Assembly: GCF_022701215.1 (NCBI RefSeq) | Contig: NZ_CP089976.1 | Location: 750,001 to 782,000 of the forward strand | DNA: 32,000 nt | Reading direction: 5' to 3' | DNA from: Moraxella nasovis | GTDB lineage: Bacteria; Pseudomonadota; Gammaproteobacteria; Pseudomonadales; Moraxellaceae | Shown: in pieces, positions 1-8,135 of the stretch | Numbering within the stretch: the first letter of the stretch is position 1 | Layout: the number at the start of each line of letters is the position of its first letter | Notes under the pieces: model-generated | Database searches by the model: none | The model's input: only the letters and a program-made list of their open reading frames with translations | What the model was told of the DNA's origin: nothing | Program-made: the position numbers and the translations under genes

Positions 1-320
1 CGTGTCAAAAGCAGTTTTGGGCAATTTTCGTCCGTAATGACAATCAGCACGCACGCCTGTGGCAAAAAGTGATTATTTAAAAGATTTTGGCATTTTTTGA
101 TTGGTTTGCCTTTGATTGGTTTGCTTTTGATTATTTTGTCTTTGATTGAGCCTGTCAAAAGCTCATTATTTTGTGTCAATGGCAATATATCCACGCCTTG
201 ATAATTACTCAAATGTTGGGATAACTCATAAAAACGGTGCGATGGTAACACATCAATCATCGCTTTATCCGTATATATTTGTTGGCGATAGTTTTGAAAA
301 TCATTTGTCATTTGTGGCAT
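1..320 (-). CDS. Edge-truncated ORF of unknown function (at least 106 N-terminal codons; the stop lies left of the window) with Lys-rich pentapeptide repeats
   Basis: Hand translation of the minus strand. The frame has no stop from base 3 up to TAA at 327-329, with in-frame ATGs at 320, 311 and 260. It reads MPQMTNDFQNYRQQIYTDKAMIDVLPSHRFYELSQHLSNYQGVDILPLTQNNELLTGSIKDKIIKSKPIKGKPIKKCQNLLNNHFLPQACVLIVITDENCPKLLLT... It is missing from the supplied ORF track because it has no stop inside the window. I recognise no family and the SD is weak. Confidence 0.3.
   Translation of the reverse strand, partial: MPQMTNDFQNYRQQIYTDKAMIDVLPSHRFYELSQHLSNYQGVDILPLTQNNELLTGSIKDKIIKSKPIKGKPIKKCQNLLNNHFLPQACVLIVITDENCPKLLLT
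96..156. repeat. Four tandem copies of a 15-bp unit (TTTGATTGGTTTGCC / TTTGATTGGTTTGCT / TTTGATTATTTTGTC / TTTGATTGAGCCTGT)
   Basis: Read directly at 96-110, 111-125, 126-140 and 141-155. The first two copies differ by 1 nt. The unit is exactly 5 codons of the minus-strand edge ORF. Confidence 0.85.
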
Positions 321-381
321 TTTCCATTACACTTAACCTTTCATTATTATAGCTTAACTCATCAGTTTCACGCCTGTTATT

Positions 382-957
382 ATGTCTTTTTGTTTGCAAT
401 GTGGTAGCACAGCCACACTCACCATTCCTGATGGCGACCAACGTGAACGCTTGGTTTGCGGTGCGTGCGGTCATATTCATTATGAAAACCCCAAGATGAT
501 TTGTGGGGTGCTTGCCGTACATGATGGCAAGATTTTATTGTGCAAAAGAGCCATTGAACCACGATTTGGGTTTTGGACATTGCCAGCAGGCTTTATGGAG
601 CTTGGTGAGACGATGGCAGATGGTGCAAGGCGAGAGACGCTAGAAGAAGCAGACGGCGTGGCGACAGATTTACGGCTGTTTGCCCTGTTTGATTTACCCC
701 ATCTTGGGCAGATTCATGCCATGTATCTTGCCAAGCTAAAAGATGGCAGATTTGGCGTGGGGGCAGAAAGTCTAGAATGCAGATTATTTTATCCTGATGA
801 AATTGATATGGCGAATTTGGCATTTAAAACCGTACGCCAAACCATAGAATACTATCTAAACGATAAAGCTGCCTTAGAACAACAGGCAAAAAATAGTGAT
901 GATTTTGCTCATTATCCTTGCCATCAGATTTGTCTTTTTGACCGACCAAATCAATAA
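382..957 (+). CDS. NUDIX hydrolase with N-terminal zinc ribbon
   Basis: The N-terminus carries CxxC...CxxC (FCLQCG...VCGACGHIHYENP). A Nudix box follows (GFMELGETMADGARRETLEEADG). Length 191 aa. Confidence 0.85.
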   Translation: MSFCLQCGSTATLTIPDGDQRERLVCGACGHIHYENPKMICGVLAVHDGKILLCKRAIEPRFGFWTLPAGFMELGETMADGARRETLEEADGVATDLRLFALFDLPHLGQIHAMYLAKLKDGRFGVGAESLECRLFYPDEIDMANLAFKTVRQTIEYYLNDKAALEQQAKNSDDFAHYPCHQICLFDRPNQ

Positions 958-977
958 AGAGGGTTAATGGCAAGAGA

Positions 978-1008
978 ATAAGGCACAGCCTAGAAGACCG
1001 TGCCTTAT
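978..1008. terminator. Hairpin between the convergent NUDIX and M3 peptidase genes
   Basis: ATAAGGCAC (978-986) pairs with GTGCCTTAT (1000-1008). The loop is 13 nt and there is no clean U-run on either side. Confidence 0.35.
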
Positions 1009-1013
1009 ATCAG

Positions 1014-3161
1014 TTATATGATTCCTTTTGCCTTTAATAAGGCTTCTAAATTCGGCTTGCGACCCATAAACTGCACAAACATATCCATCGGCTCTTCAAC
1101 ACCGCCTTTGGATAAGATGGCATCAACAAAGTCTTGACCTGTTTTGCCGTTGAGTACACCTTCTTTGACAAAACGAGTATAAGCATCGCTGGATAACACT
1201 TCTGACCACAGATAACTATAATACCCTGCCGCATAACCGCCTGAGAAAATGTGATTAAAGCTATGAGCGGTACGCACCCACTTAGGCTCGCCAATGACCG
1301 AAACGTGCTTGCGAATGTCTTCACGGATACGCTCCATCGTGTTTGTGTCGCCTTTTTTGTATTCGGTATTAAGTCGCATATCAAACAGTGCGTATTCTAG
1401 CTGACGCACCATGCCCATCGCCGCTTGATAGTTTTTGGCAGCAATCATTTTATCAATAATCGCCTTTGGAATGGGTTCTTTGGTCTGATAATGTTCGCTC
1501 ATCAGCACCAACGACTCAGTATTCCACAACCAATTTTCTAGCATTTGACTAGGAAATTCCACAGCGTCCCAAGGTACGGACGTACCTGATAATGCCAACA
1601 CGTCCACTTGGGTTAGCATACTGTGTAGCCCATGCCCAAATTCATGAAATAGCGTCTCTGCTTCATCATGAAGCAATAAAGCAGGCTCGCCTTGATTGGG
1701 TGGACGAAAATTACACACAATCGTTGAGACGGGCAACTGAATTGTGCCATCTGGCTTTTTATAATGTTTTATCGCAGCACTGTGCCACGCCCCAGAACGC
1801 TTGTCATCACGAGCATACAAATCCAAATAAAAGGACGCAATGTGTCTGCCGTCTTTATACATCTCAAAAAAGCGGACGTCAGGATTCACCACCGACACGC
1901 CAGATTTTTCGCTGATATCCACACCAAACAGACGATGAGTAATCTTGAACATACCAGACAGCACTTTATCAATGGGGAAATACACTCGCAAGGCTTCGGT
2001 GTCAATGTCATACTGCTCTTGCTTTTGTTTTTCGGACACATAGGATAAATCCCACGCTTCTAGCGTTTCGTCCGCCTGAATCAGCCCCTTGTCTTTGGCG
2101 TATTTTTCAAGGGCAGCACGCTCAAGGACGGCTTTGGGACGTGCCTTATCAAGCAATTCATTCAAAAAGCCCAAAACCTGCTCAGGGCTATCTGCCATAC
2201 GAGTCGCAAGGGCATATTCGGCATAATTCTTATAGCCCAACAGCTGTGCCATCTCCAAACGTAAATCGGTCATTTCTTTGATGATGGGCGTATTATCCCA
2301 TTTGCCAGCATTCGCCCCTTGGTCGGATGCACGAGTGCGATATTGGGTGTACATCTCTTTGCGCAGTTCACGGTCGTCAGCATAAGTGATGATGGCGGCA
2401 TAGCTTGGATAATTTAATGCAAAGCGATAACCTGACACACCTTTTTTGTCGGCAGCTTCCTTAGCAGAAGCGATGGCAAGCTCGCTTAGCCCTTTAAGCT
2501 TCACGACATCATCTACCACAAGCTCCCAGCCTTTGCTTGCATCTATCACATGATTGCCAAATTGCGTACTTAATTCAGACAAACGTGCGGCAATCTTGGC
2601 ATAACGTTGTGCTTTTTCCCCTGTCAAAGCCACGCCTGATAATTTAAAATCAAGCAAAGCATCGTCAATCGCCTTTTTTTGGGCTTTGGTGTAGTGCTTA
2701 AATTGTTTGCTTTGTTTGAGTTTATCAAAAGACTCGTACAATGGACGGTGCATACCATACCACGTCTCATAGTCAGTTAAAATCTGCTCTGCCTTATCAT
2801 AGGCTTTGCGTAAATCATCGCTATTTTCAACCGAATGCAAGTGGCTGACGATGGACCATGCACGGTTTAGCTTATTTTGAGATTCTTGTAGTGGCACATA
2901 AAAATTCTCCCAAGTGATGTTTTTTTGGGCAGTAATCTCTTCAACCACACCACGGCTATATTGCAATAAAAAATCAATGGCAGGCTCAATATGGGTCGGT
3001 TTGACGGCGGCAAAATCAGGCAATCCATCAAAATTCAGCAAAGGATTTGAACTAAGGCGTTTAGGAATGTTGATTGGTATGGCACTAGCAAAGCCCAAGT
3101 TTGGCAATCCCATGGCCATTGCCGAACCAAAACCCAATTGCAAAAAGCGGCGGCGTTCCAT
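1014..3161 (-). CDS. M3-family zinc metallopeptidase, oligopeptidase A-like, with a predicted twin-arginine signal peptide
   Basis: HEFGHGLHSMLT zinc motif, and an OpdA-like N-terminal region (NPLLNFDGLPDFAAVKPTHIEPAI). I moved the start from 3245 to the ATG at 3161 (MERRRFLQLGFGSAMAMGLPNLGFASA), which is preceded by AAGGAG at 3171-3176. Confidence 0.9.
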   Translation of the reverse strand: MERRRFLQLGFGSAMAMGLPNLGFASAIPINIPKRLSSNPLLNFDGLPDFAAVKPTHIEPAIDFLLQYSRGVVEEITAQKNITWENFYVPLQESQNKLNRAWSIVSHLHSVENSDDLRKAYDKAEQILTDYETWYGMHRPLYESFDKLKQSKQFKHYTKAQKKAIDDALLDFKLSGVALTGEKAQRYAKIAARLSELSTQFGNHVIDASKGWELVVDDVVKLKGLSELAIASAKEAADKKGVSGYRFALNYPSYAAIITYADDRELRKEMYTQYRTRASDQGANAGKWDNTPIIKEMTDLRLEMAQLLGYKNYAEYALATRMADSPEQVLGFLNELLDKARPKAVLERAALEKYAKDKGLIQADETLEAWDLSYVSEKQKQEQYDIDTEALRVYFPIDKVLSGMFKITHRLFGVDISEKSGVSVVNPDVRFFEMYKDGRHIASFYLDLYARDDKRSGAWHSAAIKHYKKPDGTIQLPVSTIVCNFRPPNQGEPALLLHDEAETLFHEFGHGLHSMLTQVDVLALSGTSVPWDAVEFPSQMLENWLWNTESLVLMSEHYQTKEPIPKAIIDKMIAAKNYQAAMGMVRQLEYALFDMRLNTEYKKGDTNTMERIREDIRKHVSVIGEPKWVRTAHSFNHIFSGGYAAGYYSYLWSEVLSSDAYTRFVKEGVLNGKTGQDFVDAILSKGGVEEPMDMFVQFMGRKPNLEALLKAKGII

Positions 3162-3350
3162 GATGTTTTTCTCCTTGTTGATGACTATTAACAATTCATA
3201 ATGAATGCTTCTAGCATATCCAAATCCCATCATCAAATCAACCACTTTTTTAAAAAATATCGCTTAATAAGTCTAATAAGAAAATACAGCCAAACCTGTG
3301 CTAGATTAAGGGTAATCAGTCAAGATTGATGATGTTTTTGCCCCCAAACA

Positions 3351-3377
3351 AAAACCCCCGCACATAGCAGGGGTTTT
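3351..3377 (-). terminator. Rho-independent terminator downstream of tuf
   Basis: On the minus strand, a CCCCUGC/GCGGGGG stem (one G-U pair, 5-nt loop) is followed by TTTTTGTTTG. Confidence 0.7.
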
Positions 3378-3435
3378 GTTAAACTAACTTTGTTAGCTTA
3401 GTTCTGTATTGCTTAGCTTTGTAGTTAAGTTAAGA

Positions 3436-4626
3436 TCAGTTCTTAACATTAGCAACAACACCAGCACCTACAGTACGGCCACCTTCACGGATAGCGAAGC
3501 GTAGACCTTTGTCCATAGCGATTGGGTGGATAAGTTCAACACTCATCTCAACGTTATCACCAGGCATTACCATTTCAGTACCTTCTTGTAGAGTGATAGC
3601 ACCAGTTACGTCAGTGGTACGGAAGTAGAACTGTGGACGATAGCCATTTAAAAATGGCGTGTGACGACCACCTTCTTCTTTTGATAGTACATACACTTCA
3701 GCGTCGAAGTTGGTGTGTGGAGTGATTGAACCAGGTTTTGCTAGTACTTGACCACGTTGTACGTCTTCACGCTTAGTACCACGAAGTAGCACGCCACAGT
3801 TTTCGCCTGCACGACCTTCGTCTAGTAGTTTACGGAACATTTCAACACCAGTACAAGTCGTTTTTGCGGTTGGTTTGATACCAACAATTTCAATCTCTTC
3901 ACCAACTTTGATGACACCTGATTCTACACGGCCTGTTACAACAGTACCACGACCAGAGATTGAGAATACGTCTTCGATTGGCATTAAGAATGGCTTATCG
4001 ATGTCACGCTCAGGCTCAGGGATATAAGTGTCTAGTGTGTCTAATAGTTCTAGAACTGCTGGCTCACCGTATTTGCCGTCAGAACCGTTTAGGGCTTCTA
4101 GAGCAGAACCTTTGATGATAGGCGTGTCATCACCTGGGAAGTCGTAGTCAGATAGAAGTTCACGCACTTCCATTTCAACTAGCTCAAGAAGTTCTTCGTC
4201 ATCTACCATATCGCACTTGTTCATAAATACCATGATGTATGGTACACCAACCTGACGAGATAGCAAGATGTGCTCACGAGTTTGTGGCATTGGGCCGTCA
4301 GTTGCTGATACAACTAGAATAGCACCGTCCATTTGAGCTGCACCTGTGATCATGTTTTTAACATAGTCAGCGTGTCCTGGGCAGTCTACGTGTGCATAGT
4401 GACGATTGGCAGTGTCATATTCAATGTGAGATGTGTTAATCGTGATACCACGTGCTTTTTCTTCAGGAGCTGAGTCAATAGCAGCGTAGTCTTTTGCTTC
4501 ACCGCCGTGGTGCTTAGCAGCAACAGTTGCGATAGCAGCAGTTAGAGTGGTTTTACCGTGGTCAACGTGACCGATGGTGCCTACGTTTACGTGCGGCTTG
4601 TTACGTTCAAACTTGGCTTTGGCCAT
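3436..4626 (-). CDS. tuf: Elongation factor Tu
   Basis: Full-length 396-aa EF-Tu with [17 protein letters not shown] and NKCD motifs. It lies directly downstream of fusA. Confidence 0.98.
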   Translation of the reverse strand: MAKAKFERNKPHVNVGTIGHVDHGKTTLTAAIATVAAKHHGGEAKDYAAIDSAPEEKARGITINTSHIEYDTANRHYAHVDCPGHADYVKNMITGAAQMDGAILVVSATDGPMPQTREHILLSRQVGVPYIMVFMNKCDMVDDEELLELVEMEVRELLSDYDFPGDDTPIIKGSALEALNGSDGKYGEPAVLELLDTLDTYIPEPERDIDKPFLMPIEDVFSISGRGTVVTGRVESGVIKVGEEIEIVGIKPTAKTTCTGVEMFRKLLDEGRAGENCGVLLRGTKREDVQRGQVLAKPGSITPHTNFDAEVYVLSKEEGGRHTPFLNGYRPQFYFRTTDVTGAITLQEGTEMVMPGDNVEMSVELIHPIAMDKGLRFAIREGGRTVGAGVVANVKN

Positions 4627-4693
4627 GATAGTATTCCTTTTATAACAGTCTAAATCAACAGATATTAGACAAATTAACTAAAATTAAGTTATT

Positions 4694-4728
4694 CATCTTG
4701 GTTGCAAAACACATCAGCAACCAAGATG
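4694..4728 (-). other. Perfect 12-bp inverted repeat (RNA hairpin) in the fusA-tuf spacer
   Basis: CATCTTGGTTGC (4694-4705) pairs with GCAACCAAGATG (4717-4728) around an 11-nt loop. No U-run follows on the mRNA strand, so it is not a canonical terminator. Confidence 0.8.
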
Positions 4729-4750
4729 ATGGGATAAAACAAACAACAAA

Positions 4751-6877
4751 TTACTCGTCGTCGTCTTTTGCAGTGAATTTCTTGATGATCTCATCTGCAA
4801 CATTCTTCGGTGTTTCTTGGTATTTTGCAAATTCCATAGAATAAGTTGCGCGACCTTGAGACATAGAACGCATTTGTGTGGCATAGCCAAACATTTCAGC
4901 AAGTGGAACTTCAGCACGGATTGCCTTAGTACCACCAGGCAAGTCATCCATACCTTGAACCATACCACGACGACGGTTTAAGTCACCCATGATATCGCCC
5001 ATGTAGTCTTCTGGAGTCTCAACTTCGACTTTCATGATAGGTTCAAGCAGTGCAGGAGATGCTTGCAAGAAGCCTTTTTTGAACGCCATAGAACCTGCCA
5101 TCTTAAATGACAATTCATCAGAGTCCACATCATGGTAAGAACCATCATAAAGCGTTGCTTTTACGTTAACGACTGGATAGCCTGCAAGTACACCATTTTT
5201 CATGCGTTCTTGGATGCCTTTATCAACTGCACCGTGGTATTCTTTTGGTACAACACCACCCACAATCTCTTCGGCAAATTCGTATTCCACTTCACCTTCT
5301 GGATCAAGCGGTTCAAGGCGTAGCCAAACGTGACCAAACTTACCACGACCACCTGTTTGACGCACAAACTTACCTTCAACTTCAACCGTTTGTCGGATAG
5401 TTTCACGATAAGCAACTTGTGGTGCACCGATGTTCGCTTCTACACCAAACTCACGCTTCATGCGGTCAACGATAATATCAAGGTGCAATTCGCCCATACC
5501 AGAGATAATGGTTTGACCAGATTCTTCATCAGTACGTACACGGAATGAAGGGTCTTCTTTGGCAAGACGGCCAAGTGCGATAGACATTTTTTCTTGGTCA
5601 GCTTTGGTTTTTGGCTCTACTGCTAAGCTGATGACTGGGTCTGGGAATTCCATACGCTCCAAAGTAATGATATTGTCATTATCGCACAATGTATCCCCTG
5701 TGGTTACGTCTTTTAGACCAACCAAGGCCACAATATCGCCTGCACGTACTTCATCAACTTCGTTTTGGCTATTGGCATGCATCTCAACGATACGACCGAT
5801 ACGCTCACGCTTCATCTTAACTGGGTTGTATACGCTATCGCCTTGTTTGGCAACACCTGAGTATACACGCACGAAAGTTAGGTTACCAACATATTTGTCG
5901 TTCATGATTTTGAACGCCAACGCAGCAAATGGTTCTTCATCAGATGATTTACGAGTTGCTTTGGTTTCTGCTTTGTCGTCTAGTACGCCTTCGATAGCTG
6001 CAACGTCAACAGGTGCTGGCAAGAATTCAATAACCGCATCAAGCATACGCTGCACACCTTTGTTTTTAAAGGCTGTACCACAAAGCATTGGCTGGATTTC
6101 GCAAGCTAGAGTACGAGTACGCAAACCAGCAACGATGTCTTCACGAGATAGATCACCTTCTTCTAGGTATTTATCCATCAATTCTTCTGAAGATTCAGCG
6201 GCAGCTTCAACCATGTTGTTACGCCATTCTTCAGCAACATCTACTAGATCAGCTGGAATCTCACCGTATTCAAACTTCATACCTTGAGAAGCTTCATCCC
6301 AGATAATTGATTTCATTTCTAGCAAATCAATAACACCAGTAAAGCTATCTTCTGCACCGATTGGTACAACCACAGGTACAGGATTACCGCCTAGACGGGT
6401 TTTTACTTGCTCAACCACGCGGAAGAAGTTTGCACCAGTACGGTCCATTTTGTTTACGAACGCTAGACGTGGTACTTTATATTTATTTGCTTGACGCCAT
6501 ACAGTTTCAGACTGAGGTTGTACGCCGCCAACGGCACAATACACCATGCAAGCACCATCAAGCACACGCATAGAACGCTCAACTTCGATGGTGAAGTCAA
6601 CGTGGCCGGGGGTGTCAATTAGGTTAATGCGGTGTTCTTTGAATTGGTCTGACATACCTGACCAAAAGCAAGTGGTCGCAGCAGACGTGATGGTAATACC
6701 ACGCTCTTGCTCTTGTTCCATCCAGTCCATCGTTGCAGCGCCTTCGTGCACTTCACCGATTTTATGGCTTTTACCTGTGTAGAACAAAATACGTTCAGAG
6801 GTGGTGGTTTTACCAGCATCAATATGAGCTGAGATACCAATATTACGGTATCTATCTAAGGGGGTTTTACGAGCCAT
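4751..6877 (-). CDS. fusA: Elongation factor G
   Basis: [17 protein letters not shown] and NKMD motifs. I moved the start to the ATG at 6877 ([15 protein letters not shown]), which has an AGGAAAA SD. The track's 6919 start adds 14 non-conserved residues. Confidence 0.97.
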   Translation of the reverse strand: MARKTPLDRYRNIGISAHIDAGKTTTSERILFYTGKSHKIGEVHEGAATMDWMEQEQERGITITSAATTCFWSGMSDQFKEHRINLIDTPGHVDFTIEVERSMRVLDGACMVYCAVGGVQPQSETVWRQANKYKVPRLAFVNKMDRTGANFFRVVEQVKTRLGGNPVPVVVPIGAEDSFTGVIDLLEMKSIIWDEASQGMKFEYGEIPADLVDVAEEWRNNMVEAAAESSEELMDKYLEEGDLSREDIVAGLRTRTLACEIQPMLCGTAFKNKGVQRMLDAVIEFLPAPVDVAAIEGVLDDKAETKATRKSSDEEPFAALAFKIMNDKYVGNLTFVRVYSGVAKQGDSVYNPVKMKRERIGRIVEMHANSQNEVDEVRAGDIVALVGLKDVTTGDTLCDNDNIITLERMEFPDPVISLAVEPKTKADQEKMSIALGRLAKEDPSFRVRTDEESGQTIISGMGELHLDIIVDRMKREFGVEANIGAPQVAYRETIRQTVEVEGKFVRQTGGRGKFGHVWLRLEPLDPEGEVEYEFAEEIVGGVVPKEYHGAVDKGIQERMKNGVLAGYPVVNVKATLYDGSYHDVDSDELSFKMAGSMAFKKGFLQASPALLEPIMKVEVETPEDYMGDIMGDLNRRRGMVQGMDDLPGGTKAIRAEVPLAEMFGYATQMRSMSQGRATYSMEFAKYQETPKNVADEIIKKFTAKDDDE

Positions 6878-6952
6878 AATTTTTCCTATGAAAAATTGGG
6901 TTAAATTGGGGTCTAGCATGATACATAATTTAACTCATACTAGACTAATTTT

Positions 6953-6990
6953 GTTTGTCTTGTCTGAGCATACACCCATACAAGACAAAC
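6953..6990 (-). other. 10-bp perfect hairpin in the 135-bp rpsG-fusA spacer
   Basis: GTTTGTCTTG (6953-6962) pairs with CAAGACAAAC (6981-6990). A second small hairpin, GCTTTT/AAAAGC at 6992-7009, sits just after the rpsG stop. Confidence 0.7.
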
Positions 6991-7012
6991 GGCTTTTAAT
7001 TGCAAAAGCAAA

Positions 7013-7486
7013 TTAGAAGCGAAAGTGAGAGAACGCTTTGTTAGCGTCTGCCATACGGTGAACGTCATCACGTTTTTTGATAGCAGCGCCTTTGCCTTCG
7101 GCGGCGTCATTTAACTCACCTGCTAGGCGTAATGCCATTGATTTTTCTGAACGCTTAGCAGCAGCGTCAGCAAGCCAACGCATGGCTAGGGCTGTACGAC
7201 GGGAGGGACGTACTTCCATAGGCACTTGGTAAGTAGCACCACCAACACGGCGGGCTTTTACTTCTACGGTTGGGCGAACACTTTCTAGCACTTCTTCAAA
7301 AAACGCTACAGGATCTTCAACTTTGCGTTTTTCAGCAACAGTCTGTAATGCACCGTAAACAATTTTTTCTGCGACTGATTTTTTACCATCAACCATTACG
7401 TGGTTGATGAATTTTGCGATGGTTTGGCTGCCAAATTTAGGATCTGGTAGGATTTCACGGGCAGCAACGACACGACGTCTTGGCAT
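7013..7486 (-). CDS. rpsG: 30S ribosomal protein S7
   Basis: 157 aa, [20 protein letters not shown]..., with an AAGGA SD upstream. Confidence 0.97.
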   Translation of the reverse strand: MPRRRVVAAREILPDPKFGSQTIAKFINHVMVDGKKSVAEKIVYGALQTVAEKRKVEDPVAFFEEVLESVRPTVEVKARRVGGATYQVPMEVRPSRRTALAMRWLADAAAKRSEKSMALRLAGELNDAAEGKGAAIKKRDDVHRMADANKAFSHFRF

Positions 7487-7600
7487 AATAGTTCCTTATT
7501 TCTTCAGGATAATCTGGTATTAAAAGCTAGTTTAACCAGCCTTACTGCATGGCTATCTTTGACACACCAAAGATTTACTCATGCATAAAAAGTCTTAGGC
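7487..7600 (-). promoter_or_regulatory. Structured rpsL-rpsG intercistronic leader; candidate S7 autoregulatory site by analogy with E. coli
   Basis: The 114-nt spacer contains helices readable by eye on the mRNA strand (ATCTTTG-GTGTGT-CAAAGAT and CTGGT...ACCAG). The functional assignment rests on analogy only. Confidence 0.25.
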
Positions 7601-7975
7601 TTATGCCTTAGGACGCTTAGCACCGTACTTAGAACGACCTTGCTTACGATCTTTCACGCCTGCACAGTCTAACGCTCCACGAACGGTATGATAACGAACA
7701 CCTGGTAAGTCTTTTACACGACCACCACGGATTAGTACAACGCTATGCTCTTGAAGGTTATGTCCTTCACCGCCGATGTAGCTTGACACTTCAAAACCTG
7801 AAGTCAAACGAACACGGCACACTTTACGCATGGCTGAGTTTGGTTTTTTTGGTGTGGTGGTGTAAACACGAGTACACACGCCACGACGCTGTGGGCACGC
7901 TTTCAATGCAGGAACTTTTGACTTTTCCGTGATTGTTTTGCGACCCTTGCGGATTAGCTGGTTTGTAGTTGCCAT
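7601..7975 (-). CDS. rpsL: 30S ribosomal protein S12
   Basis: [13 protein letters not shown]...[16 protein letters not shown]. The start is the ATG at 7975, preceded by GGGAGAGAG. The track's start at 7981 is a GTG two codons upstream. Confidence 0.97.
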   Translation of the reverse strand: MATTNQLIRKGRKTITEKSKVPALKACPQRRGVCTRVYTTTPKKPNSAMRKVCRVRLTSGFEVSSYIGGEGHNLQEHSVVLIRGGRVKDLPGVRYHTVRGALDCAGVKDRKQGRSKYGAKRPKA

Positions 7976-8062
7976 AGGCACTCTCTCCCGTTGATTAAAA
8001 AATCGTCCTGTGACATCAATTTTTATGTCAAAAAGACGTACTTATCCCATTAAGGGCAATAT

Positions 8063-8091
8063 ATTATATGTCCTAGCACAATAAAAATCAA
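8063..8091 (-). promoter_or_regulatory. Candidate sigma70 promoter of the str operon
   Basis: On the minus strand, TTGATT (8091-8086) is separated by 17 nt from TATAAT (8068-8063). The -35 overlaps the upstream terminator arm. Confidence 0.45.
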
Positions 8092-8113
8092 GGGCAACAT
8101 CATCACCCTTGAT
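8081..8113 (-). terminator. Rho-independent terminator of the LEA-repeat/EcsC-like gene
   Basis: On the minus strand, an ATCAAGGG/CCCTTGAT 8-bp stem with an 11-nt loop is followed by TTTTTATTG. Confidence 0.7.
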
Positions 8114-8135
8114 GTTTTATCTTTAAAACTACTGT

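Noticed and set aside
146-522. Track ORFs 146-352 (+) and 301-522 (-).
   Set aside because: ORF 301-522 overlaps the conserved zinc-ribbon start of the NUDIX gene on the opposite strand. ORF 146-352 has no SD or recognisable sequence and conflicts with the longer open minus-strand frame running off the edge.
3162-3245. The long N-terminal extensions in the ORF track for the M3 peptidase (3245), fusA (6919), rpsL (7981), the orphan gene (24301), liuC (29599), the PspC-domain gene (19465) and the LEA/EcsC gene (10079).
   Set aside because: In each case a downstream start has a good SD and matches the conserved N-terminus or signal peptide. Several of the extended starts are non-ATG codons, or lie inside the SD or upstream of the promoter.
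5559-6287. A 242-aa plus-strand ORF antisense to fusA, along with similar antisense or alternative-frame ORFs at 1046-1384, 1592-2048, 9292-9842, 16958-17404, 18440-19069, 25909-26416 and 29152-29596.
   Set aside because: These are shadow ORFs inside confidently assigned genes. Their products are rich in S, T, R or C, low in complexity, and lack starts with an SD.
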